Shown piece after piece: positions 21,901-34,319 of a stretch of DNA of 64,000 nt. Numbering within the stretch: the first letter of the stretch is position 1; each line of letters starts with the position of its first letter. The notes under the pieces were generated by a model that ran no database searches, had not been told where the DNA came from, and saw only the letters and a list, made by a program, of their open reading frames with translations. The stretch is from the human T2T-CHM13v2.0 reference genome, Homo sapiens, in assembly GCF_009914755.1 (NCBI RefSeq), contig NC_060928.1. The stretch is one strand, 5' to 3'. A program made the translations under genes and the position numbers.

Positions 21901-22881
21901 GGGGACTGTGAGACCATATAGATTAATAAAGTGAAAACATTTCATCTCATTTTGACTAAGTAGTCAACAACTCTCTCTCCTGTTAGAATTGTAAGCTATT
22001 GATATGAATGCTATAATATGCATATATTTAAGTAGTAATACCTTATATGAAACTCACTTGTTATGGTGCATAATAAAGCTGATGATCACGCAATACCTCA
22101 GGAAAATTTTGATCATTCAGAATTTGCAGGTTTGCTATAGAAGATCATTTGAAAATGATTAAAGATGATTTATCCCATTATTTAAAAAATGTATATGACC
22201 TCCTCAACCTTGACAGGTACCAATAATAAATGCCTTGAATTTTGCATGTGTGACATTAAAGGTATTATCACAGATTAAATCACCTTTCCATGCTTTGAAA
22301 TCTTTAAAGCTGAATATTTGATCACTCATCTTTCATTACCATTGATTATTTCTAGCTGCCCTTACATTTTTTTCTTCTTTGTTTTTTATAATTAACTAAA
22401 ACCACAACCTGGAAAGAACATGAGTTATTTGAATCTTGTTTTGAAAAAGCCATTGAAGTTTTAATACCTGCAGGGAAACAGATAGTTATCAAAACCATTT
22501 GGAATCACTCTCTCTGAACCAATTCTCACCCCTCCTCCCATGCTTACATAACAGCACACATAAATTGACTTTTCTAGTTTGGGCCAAGTTGTTAAATATA
22601 ATTCTCAAATTATTTTAAACATAGTTTGAACAAAAGTGTTCAATTGGACAGATGTTTCATCTTTTCTGTAATAATACTTCCTCTTTAAAAATGTTTTTGA
22701 AATCGACACAATTAACATAATGAAGATATTACTATAAAGGAATGATATACATGAAAATACCAATTTTTAGGTATGATTTATTTGATTATTTCTAGCCCTT
22801 CATAGTTGCCGCTTGTTTGTGTATGTGTACAATCACGTTTGGTCATCCTACCAATAATTCCACAAATAATCACAAAAGCTT

Positions 22882-25289
22882 TAATATAGTTTGGATATTT
22901 GTTTCTGCCCAAATCTCATGTTGAATTGTAATCCCCAATGCTGGAGGCTGGGCCTAGTGGGAGGTGTTTCAGTTATGGGGTCAGATCCCTCATGGCTTGA
23001 TGCCGTCTTCACAATAGTGAGTGCTCGGGAGATCTGGTCATTTAAAAGTGTGTGGCACCTCCTTTCTCAGCCTCTTCCTACTTTTGCCACGTGACATGCT
23101 TGCTCCCATTTTGCCTTTTGCCATCAGTAAAAGCTCCCTGAGGCCTCCCAAGAAGTCAAGCAAGTGCCAGACCCACACTTTCTGTATAGCCTGCAGGACC
23201 ATGAGCTGGTTAAACCTCTTTTCTTTGTAAATTACCCAGTCTTAAGTATTTCTTTATTGCAATACAGGAACAACCCAATACAAAGAATTTGTACTGAGGA
23301 GTTAGGCATTACTAAAAGATAACTGAAAATGTGGAAGCAGCTTTGGAACTGGGTAAGGGGCAGAGGTTGGAAGAATTTGGAGGACTCAGAAGAAGATAGG
23401 AAAATGAAGGAAAATTTGGGATTTCTTAGAGATTAGTTAAATGATGGTGACCAAAATGCTGATAGTGATATGTACAGTGAAGGCCAGGCTGCCGAGGTCT
23501 CAAATGGAAATGAGGAACTTACTGGGAACTGGACCAAAGGTCATGTGTGTTATGCCTTAGCAAAGAACTTGGCTGCATTCTATTCATGCCCTAGGGAACT
23601 GTGGAAGTTTGAACTTAGGAGTGATGACCTAGGGTATCTGAAAGTAGAAATTTCTAAGCAGCAAAGTGTTCACCATGTGGCCTGGCTGCTTCTAACAACC
23701 TACACTCAGATGCAGGAGCAAAGAAATGACTTAAAATTGGAATTTATATTTCAACAGGAAGCAGAGCATAAAAGTTTGGAAAATTTGTAGCTTAGCCATG
23801 TAGCAGAGAAAGTAAAAGCTTATTTGGAAGAAGAATTCAAGCAGGCTGCATAGCAACCACTTGGGAGAGAAATTTGCATAACAAAAAAGCCAAGTGCCCA
23901 TATCCAAGACAGTGGGGAAAAGGCCTCTAAGGCATTTCAGAGACCTTAGCCCCAGCCCTGGCCATCACAGGCTCAGAGGCCTGGGAGGGAAGAATGGTTT
24001 CGTGGGACAGGCCCAGGGACCTGCTGCCCTGTGCAGCCTTGGGACATTGCTCCCTATATCCTGGCTGATCTGGCAGCCATGTCTCAAAGGGGCCTAGGTA
24101 TAGCTTGGGCTGCCACTTTGGAGAATGCAAGCCATAAGCCTTGCCTGCTTCCATGTGGTGTTAAGCCTGTAGGTGCCCAGAACGAAAGAGTGAAGAATGC
24201 TTGGCAGCCTCTGCCTATATTTCAGAGGATATATGAGAAAGCCTGGATGTCCAGGCAGAGGCCTGCTACAGGGGTGGAACCCTTACAGAGAACCACTGTT
24301 AGGATGGTGCTGAGGGGAAATCTGAGGCTGGAGCCCCCACACAGCATTCCCAGTGGGGCACTGTCTAGTGAGACTGTAAGAAGGGGGCTGCTCTCCTCCA
24401 GACCACAGAATGGTAGATCCACTGGCAGCTTGCACCCTGTGCCTGGAAAAGCCAGAGGCATTTAACTTCAACCTGTGAGAGCAGCCATGGGGGCCGAACC
24501 CTGCAAAGCCACAGGGGTGGAGCTTCCCAAAGCCTTGAGAGCCCACCTCTTGCAGCAGTGTGCCCTGGATGTGAGAAATGGAGTCAAAGGAGGTTATTTT
24601 GGAGCTTTAAGATTTAACGACTGCCCTGCTGGGTTTCTGACTTCAGTGGGGTCTGTAGCCTCTTTCTTTTGGCCAGTCTCTCCCCTTTAGAATGGTAGTG
24701 TTTACTCAATGCCTGTATCCCCATATTATCTTGGAAGTAAATAACTTGTTTTTGATTTTACAGGCTCGTAGGCAGAAGGGCTTTGCCTTATCTCAGATGA
24801 GACTTCAGACTGTGGATTTTTGAGTTAGTGCTGGAATGAGTTAAGACTGTTGGGAAGGCATGATTATATTTTGCAGTGTGAGGAGGACATGAAATTTGGG
24901 AAGGGCCAGGGCGGAATAATACAGTTTGGATATTTGTCCTCACCTAACTCTCATTAGTGCTGGAGGTGAGACCTGGTGGGAGGAGTTTGGATCATGGGGG
25001 CTGACCCCTCATGACTTGATGCTGTCTTCCTGATAGTGAGTTCTTGTGGGATCTGGTCATTTAAAAGTGTGTGGCACTTCCCTCCTCACTCTCTTTCTCC
25101 TGCTTGCACCATGTGACATGCCTGCTCCTGCTTCACCTTCTGCCATGAGTAAAAGTTCCCTGAGGCCTCCCTAGAAGCCTTTCAGATGCCAGAGCATGGG
25201 TCTTGTACAGCTGGCAGAACTATGAGCCAGTTAAATCTCTTTTTTTAGTATTATCTAGTCTCTAGTATTTCTTTATAGCAAGAAATACA
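22882..25289 (+). mobile_element. Two-LTR MSTA-like MaLR element (5' LTR 22882-23282, internal 23283-24916, 3' LTR 24917-25289)
   Basis: Paired LTRs; MaLR internal GAAAATGTGGAAGCAGCTTTGGAACTGGGTAA; purine tract before the 3' LTR; TSD AGCTT / AGTTT; internal ORF broken into fragments (23470-23790, 24031-24465, 24475-24690). Confidence 0.93.
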
Positions 25290-25504
25290 AGTTTTTTTTC
25301 AATTAAATTATGATGGAATGAAGGTTTTTATTCTCTAATTTTTCTCAGACTTAAGTCTTGAGGCAGTTCTATTAAAATCAAACAAGTATACATACATCAC
25401 ACTGCATTAATACATTTTCATTATTCTCATGTGTATCCTCATTTTAAATGGCAAATGTAGCAATAGAATTGTTTTATTCATTGTTACAAAGAAATGCAAC
25501 TTCT

Positions 25505-25805
25505 GGATGGGTGCAGTGACTCATGCCTGTAGTCTCAGCACTTTTGGAGGCTGAAGTGTGAAGATCACTTGAGTCTAGGAGTTTGAGACCAGCCTGGACA
25601 ACATAGAAAGGCCCTATCTCTGCAAAAATTAAAAAATTAGCCAGGCAGTGTGGCACACGCCTGTAGTCCTAGCTACACAGGAGACTGAGGCAGGAGGATC
25701 CCTTGAGCCCAGGAGTTTGAGGCTGCAGTGAGCTGTGATTACATAACTGCACTCTAGTTTTCCAGCCTGGGCAACAGAGTAAGACACTGTTTAAAAAAAA
25801 AAAAA
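25505..25805 (+). mobile_element. Alu, AluJ-type
   Basis: Dimeric Alu with A tail; degenerate TSD AAATGCAACTTCT / AAATGAAGCTTCT. Confidence 0.95.
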
Positions 25806-27492
25806 TGAAGCTTCTATCTTTAAACTTCCTTTCCTTTTGAACTCAATCTGCTGAGTAAGCTATTTTTGGTTAGTTAATTCTCTTTAGTGTAACTATTTCA
25901 TCTTTATTTTTGATTTAACCCTGCCTATATTACTCTTATTATATGGCATTGGTACCTGTCACAGGGAACTTACTTCTCCTGTGTCAGTGGGTCCATTCAG
26001 TGTTCCCTCCATTATTTTATTTATTTATTTATTTTTTGCTGTTGGGAACCTGGCTTTATACAAAGTTTAAACATGTGTCTGCTGAGGAGTGATGGGTTCT
26101 TCCTAGTCATTTGGGTCACATGTAGGTATTTATATTGAATCCCACAATCCCAGCTGTTTGCCTTTAATGTTGAAGATCTTATAACGTGATGCATCATGTT
26201 ATTTCTTCTTCTTGTTTCGAGGCCTCTGCTACCCCACCAACTCTTTCAACATGGCTGTACCTTTCAGTGTTATGTTCTGAATCTCTTGCAAGCCACACCC
26301 AAGTCATCCATACGCAGACGTGCACTGCCTTAAGTATATTTAACTGTCACCAGCCTTTTCCACGATGCATTATATTCCCTTGTCATATAGGATATGGATT
26401 TGAGCTGAGAGTTGGCCTTCTCTTAGAGCAATTGCTCTCAAACTTTTATGACTAGTAATTATGGTAAGAAGTACATTTAAAATTATAATCCAACATGGAT
26501 GCTCTTGTATATACACCTAACAAACAAAGGCTTCACAAACCAATACTTATCCTTGCTACTTGGAATACAATGTGATATTTTCTACACTAGTAGTAAATTT
26601 TAAAAACTGGACGTTTTGACAGAGACACCTCATTACTACCCCCTTTATCCACCCCCTCAACCCACCCAAGAAATGGTTTAAGCCAGACTGTAGAGTTTGA
26701 GAAGTCACTAAAACTTGATCTCCTTGCTCTGCATCTGTCTTTTCTTCTCATACTCTCCCGTGGCCACAAGGAGCAGGCCTTCTTTCTTCCTGCATGCCAG
26801 GGCTTCCCTTTTCATCATAGGCTGAGCCTTTTCTATATTATGGGCAAAGTCTATGATCCAGCTCTTGATATGGGAATGGGGAACTACCAAGAAAAATAAA
26901 TTTTCTAAAAATGTTATACCCAAGATGATGATTTAAGTCATGTTTTTCTATTAGGAGATTCTCCTAAATCATTTTGTTTCTACTCTGGAAAATACTGATG
27001 AATAAAAGTGGGGACAGTGTCGTCATTTTTCTATCATATTCTTTATTCTGTTGTTTGAAAGTAATTGTCTTTCAATTGTTCATGAATATTAATAATTCTC
27101 CTTTTTATTGGATTATGGTGCCTCTAGTGTTAAAAGTATTTTCTTGCAAGTTTTCGTTGTCTGGGTTCATAATTTTGAGGAGATTCTTCAAACAGTGCTT
27201 TATATGATATTTAAAAATGGATATGGTAAGTATTGAATAAAAAAGAAAAGGGATGTTAATTGTACTTTTTATACTGGTTATGTGGCATTTTGACAAATTC
27301 TTTTAAATTAAAACTACAAACAAAACTACTTTTCCCATATGCAAGGAAATCTCTCTTCATACAGAACAGTTATTTCAATTTCTTTTACAAAGAAAATATT
27401 GCCTAGAATTTTTATTCTTTTATTACTTTCTGATTCTTTTTATTGAAATGCTTATTGTCTCTTGTTAATTAATTATATTAATTATACAGCTA

Positions 27493-27690
27493 GTGCTCAG
27501 TTTCTCAACCTTTTCCAAAAGAAGTCCCCGGTTTCCATTAAAGAGTTTTATGGGGGCTCCCCACACGTCAAATTTCACACAGCCGGCTACATTGGCTTTT
27601 TGCAAAGGTCTTTGAATGCAATGCCAAGGCCTCCCACTAATTGTTTTATGGGCTCAGTGTGGGATCTGCATCCCTGACTGGGGAAGCCCC
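27493..27690. mobile_element. Possible old hAT-type MER DNA transposon
   Basis: CAGTTTCTCAACC start and CTGGGAAGCCCC end resemble degenerate Charlie TIRs; family not identified. Confidence 0.3.
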
Positions 27691-28433
27691 ATGTTAAAGG
27701 ACTGTGGGAGTGAGGAGTTGTCAAACACACCAAGAGCGAGTACTAAAAAAAGTCCTGGTTAGCTGTAATGTTGCTGCCAAGGAGCATAAGCAGAACCACA
27801 AAACATGCCACATGCTGGCTGATTTTAAATAGTGACCCCTATTTCAGAGAATACTCACTTCATTACATTTTTGGGAGAAATTCAAATCACAAATAGCTCC
27901 ATAATTAATTTGAGTGCTCACTTCAAGCTTTGGCATTGGTAAATTATTGTTTTCCAAGTGGCTAAAAAGATACAACTAACTAAATATTTTTATGTGTTCT
28001 TTCAAGGAGACCAAACTCATCCTGGTTATCTGTGAACATTTAGTCCTGGAATAATATGTTCAAAGTTGTATGCTTATCTTTTTTCTTCCGAGAAGATTAA
28101 GGAAGTATGTTTTTACCCATTTTAACCATTAAATTGCATGTACCCACACTAATAAAAGTAACTTTTTCTGAACTTTAACAAAGAGCTGTAGTGGTAGCAT
28201 TAAGACTCCTACACCCTCACTAGGCCTTGACATTGATTTTTCTCAGCCTCACGGAATCTGCTTGGCGTTTTGAACCTGTCTTTCCTCCAGATATTGAAAC
28301 AGGATATTTTTGAGGTACAATATGACCTCAGAGTGCACTGTTAGCTTGGCTAATATTGATACGTGAACAGAATTATTACAGCCACACTTCAAGAGGCCTA
28401 GAATAGTAATACTGTATTCTATAGGAAGACAAG

Positions 28434-28858
28434 TGCATTACTCAGTTCTTGCATTGCTAGAAAGAAATGCCTGAGACTGGGTAATTTATAAATAAGAGGT
28501 TTAATTGGCTCACAGTTGTGCAGGCTCTACAGGAAACGTAGCTCCAGCATCTGCTTGGCTTTTGGAGAGGCCTCAGGGAGCTTTTATCTGTGGTGGAAGG
28601 CAAAGTGGGAGAAGGCCAGTCACATGGTGAAAGCAGGACCAAGACAGAGGAATGGGGGGAGGTACTCCACACTTTTAAACAACCGCATCTCATGAGAACT
28701 CACCCACATTCATGAGGACAGCATCAAGAAGATGGTGCTAAACCATTCAAGAGAAACCTGCCCCCTTGATCCACTCATCTCCCACCAGGCCCCATCTCCA
28801 ATATTAGGCATTATAATTCAAAATGAGATTTGGTGGGGGCACAGATCCAATTATATCA
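28434..28858 (-). mobile_element. MSTA-like solo LTR
   Basis: TGCATTGCTAGAAAGAAATGCCTGAGACTGGGTAATTTATAA...GAGGCCTCAGGGAGCTTTTA...ACAGATCCAATTATATCA. Confidence 0.92.
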
Positions 28859-29079
28859 ATAAATACAACCTATTTCACTGCAGGATTGTAGCATTAAAAT
28901 GAAATGACATATTGATATTTTTGTGAATTTTGAAGTATCTTTTTAGAAGTTGATGGAGAAAGAGTCCTTTTTTTGTAATCTAAATATGTTCATCTTTAAA
29001 AGAAGATCCTAATATTTTAGATAAATAATCTTGGATTAGCAATTTTTCTGAAAAAAAAAATTCTCATTTTGTTAGCATG

Positions 29080-29384
29080 TTTTCTTTCCTTTTTTGTTGG
29101 CTGGGGAGGGGCAGAGCCTTGCTCTGTCACCCAGGCTGGAGTGCAGCAACACAATTACTGCAGCCTCGACCTTCTGGGTTCAATCTATCCTTCCACCTCA
29201 GCCTCCCAAGTAGCTGGGATTACAGGCATGCAGCCCCATACCCTCTTAATTTCTTTTTTCTTATGTAGAGAAGGGAGTCTTCCAGTGTTGCCCCATCTGG
29301 TATTGAACTCCTGGGCTCAAGCAGTCCTCCTACCTTGGCCTCCCAAAATGCTGGGATTACAGGCATGAGTCATTGTGCCTGGCC
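29080..29384 (-). mobile_element. Alu, AluJ-type
   Basis: TTGCTCTGTCACCCAGGCTGGAGTGCAG...CTCCTGGGCTCAAGCAGTCCTCC...TGCCTGGCC. Confidence 0.95.
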
Positions 29385-30344
29385 TAGCACTTTTCTTATA
29401 TGTGTGTGTAACATGTGGATACCTCTTGTGGGACGTGTGTGTGTGTGTATGAGAGAGAGACTGAGAGATGCCTATATGTCATTCTCATTCTATTGTGCTG
29501 TCAACACAATAGCAATGTTTAATGGATAAAGCAAACCACAAATAAAACATTATGTATATAAAGTGCAAAATTAGTTTCGTTTTGCAGACTACAGAAATTA
29601 ATTTCAATAGTCTGTTGATAATGTTTTAGCACTATTATTTTTGTTCTTTCTAAGTTGGTTATAAGATTGCAAAATCTAAAGCATGCGGGAACCTTTGATG
29701 GTAATTTCTTCATCAGTGTGACTTCTAGAAACTTTATCTCAATTATGATATATATTACAATTATCTTATATAAAATAATATTAGTAAGCATGCACTGACT
29801 GTGTGGAAAATTACTCCTGAAAGCCAGATTTTGTCTCTGGGTAACCACTTGCTGTGTCTTTATTCTGAATAAGAATCAACAGTATGATCCATAAAGCCAA
29901 CCTAATACTCTTTATTTAGATAAATGTTAAAATACCTTTACACCCTCTATAAGGTTAAATTGATCATTTGCTATCCAGACCCCAAATTATGCAATCTTTT
30001 AACAATTGTCAACATTTCTTCTCTAGGTTGTACTAAAATTTTCTCTTTATTTTGAGTTCCGAAGAGCCAAATTGGATAGAGTGCTCACCATTGCTTCTAT
30101 GCTGCCATTAGGTTAATATATCCCAAAGGAACTCACATCAAAAGTGCTATTTCATTGACCTATTTTCCACCATGGGTCTCTAAAATGCTGTAAACATGCA
30201 ACATACAATTATGTATAATTAATTTATCTTATATACTTTGTTTATCTTTGTCAGACATTTTGCTTTGTAACTGTTCTATAGAATGTCCTTCTCTTCATTT
30301 TTTATGTACATGATGGTGAAGTTTTTAAAATGAAAACATTTTAA

Positions 30345-30480
30345 CATGCTACCTCCTTTAGAGGTAGCATAATATTATTCCTATTTGCCGATGAGAAAAT
30401 AGTTTTACAGGAGTTTAGTACCTATCCCACAGTCACATACCACCTACAGTTGGGATGTGAATGCAACAGGCTTATGTACT
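30345..30480 (-). mobile_element. MIR fragment
   Basis: TATTATTCCTATTTGCCGATGAGAAAAT...CCCACAGTCACATA. Confidence 0.5.
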
Positions 30481-30629
30481 CTGAAATTTTGGATTTATGA
30501 AAGGAAATAAAGGAAATATTGAAATTGAAGGGAGTATTTAGATATTCTGATTTACTTGTTGGTGAGGTGTATCTGGTTTAGAGACTACTCAAGGTAATGA
30601 CTAGCAGTAGATATGCCATTCTTACTGAA

Positions 30630-30745
30630 TGAATTTGAGAGCCCTGGTTTAAGTTTTGGCACTTCCACTTGATAAATGAGTGAACCTTCTTGGACTTAAG
30701 TTTCTCAGATTGAATAATAATAAGTTTAGATTAGCTATTCTTTTT
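30630..30745 (+). mobile_element. MIR fragment
   Basis: CCTTCTTGGACTTAAGTTTCTCAGATTGAATAAT. Confidence 0.4.
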
Positions 30746-31739
30746 AGCCCCAAAGCTTTTTATTCAAATGAATTTATTTCCAGAAGCTGTTTTTGTAGAA
30801 TAGATAAAATCAGATGTGTTCTTGTTGGAGGTGAAATAGTGGGAAGAGAGGGGTGGTTATAAAACCTTCTCTGCCCTGTTTGCCCCTACCTCTAGGCACA
30901 GTTTGAGATGTTCTAGATTAGATGATCTTTCGGCTCAAAGATAATTTGGGTTCTAGATCTCTTTGACTGTGATTTCCGGAAAGGTCCTGCTCACACTTGG
31001 ACTGGGTCTTAGGAAAATCTATAGTGTGACACTAAATAACATGCATAAACCACTCTTGATGGGTTGCCTTTGACACTGGGTTGCTTCCAGTTATTATAGC
31101 ATCCAACTTAAGGATGCTATGTCTTGACTAGCATATGCTGTTTGGGGGACTGTGATGTTCTCTTTCATTTTTGGAAGAAATCCTTGACCCTTCCGAGGAG
31201 TATTTTTTCCCTGCTACTTGACACATCTGTATTACCCGTATATGGCAACTATAGTTAGTTTTCTTCACTTTTTCTAGGACAAGCAAGATAAAGTTGGAGC
31301 TTCAGAATTACTGAAACTATTCTATTGGCTGAATTATTTTATTGTTTATGTGATTTTCTTGTATAATTATTTCCTTGCCCTTAAGTTTCTAAGCAAAACT
31401 TACTGTACTCTTAAGTTGGAGAAGATACTAACTTTTTTGCATTACATTTTGCTTTCTCAACATTATAAAACTTGGAGTAGTTGGAGAACCTATTAGGATA
31501 CCTAGTCTACTACTCCCTGAATTAGGAATAAGGATACTTGGGGGCATTTTTCATCTTTTGACAATAAATACATCCTTGTTTACCCCATCACTGCTCTCAA
31601 AACAAGGACTATGATAAAGAGTGGGGACAGAAGCCTCAGGTGTAGGATCAGAATGTGTCCCAGACATGCATGTTAAGGTGGACTGTTTTACTGACCTCCA
31701 ACATTCATTTGCCACTTCTCTCCAACAAGACAGTCCATG

Positions 31740-32040
31740 GTTTCCTTCTGAGTATTCATAAATTTTCAGGGAAGCTGACTTCACATCATGTGTGCAACTT
31801 AGATCAAGACAATCAGTGTATTTAACGTTTCTTGCTATAGTGATGTGTGTCATACAGTGACACACATACCGTATGACACATATCACTGAGGATGTGAGTC
31901 TTTGGTTATTTGTTGAACCACTGAATCAGGCCTTACCTGAGGCTTATACTACTTAACTTTTCAGTGATGTGAGCCAAAAAATCTTCTTCATGTTTATGTT
32001 AATTTGAATAATTTATTGCCACTGAACTTTGGCTGCTACA
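31740..32040 (+). mobile_element. Old MLT1 (K/L-like) LTR fragment
   Basis: CAGGGAAGCTGAC...CAATCAG...TAGTGAT and TTGAACCACTGAATCAGGCC...TTTTCAGTGATGTGAGCCAA. Confidence 0.5.
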
Positions 32041-33060
32041 TCAAAGCCTTTGGTATCCTTCCAATTTAACTTACTTTCCTAGAAGTAAAATCTCCTGGCC
32101 ACTTAGACTGTAGTTTCCTCACCTATTAAGTGAAGAGTTTGTTTTGAGGTATACAAAATACATATTAGATCATGCTTGTCCTCTCTGCCTTCAAGAACTG
32201 GAACTTATGTCTGTGAAATCAGAAATTGGTCAATCTCCCTCTTCCTATTTAGAATCACCTGCCTTGTAGCCACCCAGACTCCAAGCATGACATTAAGAAT
32301 ATGGATTCCTCCCATACCAGCAGCATAAATGTCTTACACTTTTAGTCAGTTTCACAATTTATGTTGACCTCTCTCCTTTCTTCACTCTAGAAATATAATT
32401 TTTAACTATGCAAATTTTGAAAAAAAGGGATGGACATAGGAATGATGAAAAGTGGTCATTTTTCTATTAATCTGTAATTCTGAGGCAATACACAGGACTA
32501 TAGGGAGGCTAAGAATTAATGATGTCAAAGATAAGTAGTCTGTTTTGATATAAGTCAGTGAATTTTACTGTTGTGTTTCTTAATCACATACTGGCTTCCA
32601 AACCTTAGCCAGTCATATCCTAAGTGTTATCAGAAGTTAAAATTTGTGACTTTCACAAACTCACTATTTGTGAATTTCACAGATGAGCCCAAGTCTTTCA
32701 CCCAGTGTTAGCAAAACAACCAAGAGCACATGCCTTAAAAATTCTAAGTCCATATAAAATCCACATGTAAAGAAAAGCACTGAAGAGCTTTGAAACTTGG
32801 ACATGGTACCGGAGAGATTTTAATGGGAATTTGGATATTTGTAAGGACTTGAACCAACTATTCAAAAAATAAGGCAAAGAACCAAGTAAATTTTTAAAGC
32901 TGAATGAGTTGTGATAGTTGGTGGGGTGTTAGTGGAAAATAACTTTTCTTAGTTTGTGCCAAATGGTGATAGGCAGCAATCAGGGCTTTATAAGAATTCA
33001 ATGAATGGTAGTTTTCAGCAATCCAATTTCACGCAGCAAAGATTACCTGCAAGGCACACA

Positions 33061-33262
33061 TTTCTCCTTCCTTCCTCCCCTCCTCCCTTCCTCCCTCCCC
33101 TTTCCTCCTCTTTCCTCCCCTTCCCTTCCCTTTTGTCCTTTCCTTCCCCTCCCTCCTACCCTCCCTCCCCCCCAATCCCTCCCGTCTCCCTCCCCTTCTC
33201 TCCCTTCCTTTCCTTCCCCTCCCTTCCTCCCTCCCTGCCTCCCTCCTTTTCTTCCTTTCTTT
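33061..33262. repeat. ~200-bp polypyrimidine/polypurine low-complexity tract
   Basis: CCTT/CCCT/CTCC units with only about 6 purines on the + strand. Confidence 0.95.
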
Positions 33263-34319
33263 GAAAATGACAGCTCTAATATGTGTGACTCAGTGATGAA
33301 TGCCCAGGAAAGAATATTTATGAAAAATAGGTATGCTCTTTCACTTTGCACTGCAGGATATTTGGTGCTTTTCGTTCTGAATAGATGTTTTATAGGTTTC
33401 GCAAATTTTGTATCAGACTCTTCTTGGTCTTATCCGTAAAGACCAATTACATGATTATATTTAGGCCTTAGATGGCTCTAATATGCTTGATAGCCTGACT
33501 TTTGCAGTGTTTTCCTACATTCTGAATTATTATTTAAATTCAAGATGTTTAGATTTTACAATTTTTATTTAAGGCCAAGCACAATATTAGCTTAGAGGAG
33601 TTTGCCCCAGAGTTCAGATGCATCTGTCATTTTGAATGGATACTCTGGGGACCTTTCTTAATTTGTTTCTCTCACAAACACCTTGTTAAATTTGGTGATC
33701 ATGTCCAAAGTCAGCAGTGCATGCTGAGTTTCATGAGTTATTTGGCTATACATTAGGTTGCATTTTTTAAAACTGTCACTATTTTCTTGAATCTTACAGT
33801 GTTATAATGATTTATAGGGGTGTGTGTGTGTGTTTGTGTAAATGGCTACCTTTGCTTTTTGTGGTTTAAAAAAATAGTTAAAAATAATACCTTCAATGGT
33901 ATTCATAGGTGAAAATCTAGTAGATAATGTTTAGAAAACAGAGGACCTCAAATTAACTTATGTGTTGACCTTTACAAAAATGTGTAATTTAAACTGTCTC
34001 ATTTTATTTTGAAAACTTATTAAATGCATGTTTTTTCTTTGGTAGAATCAAAAGAGTTATTTTTAAAAAGATATTTCCTTTCTCAAAATTGACCTAATAT
34101 TTACTTTCTTTGAAAGTTATTTGTGTATAATCCATTTACCCACAATTCTTAAGTTTTGCTAACAATAACTGGTGAACTCAGATGATCTGGACACAACTAG
34201 TGCAAGTCACAGGCTTGGTGCACAAGAAAGGGACAATAAAAGCTCTAGTGGACAGACTGGTTTGTTCATTCCTTGCGAGTCACTGATGAATTGATTTGGC
34301 TTCAAACTCGTGCTAACAT

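Noticed and set aside
23470-24690. Cluster of 70-144 aa ORFs
   Set aside because: Broken remnants and antisense frames of the MaLR internal region, not a host gene
26639-26667. Four C-runs giving a possible minus-strand G4
   Set aside because: Isolated, with one 8-nt loop and no supporting context
32956-33439. Pro/Ser-rich and Gly/Arg-rich ORFs
   Set aside because: Translations of the low-complexity pyrimidine tract
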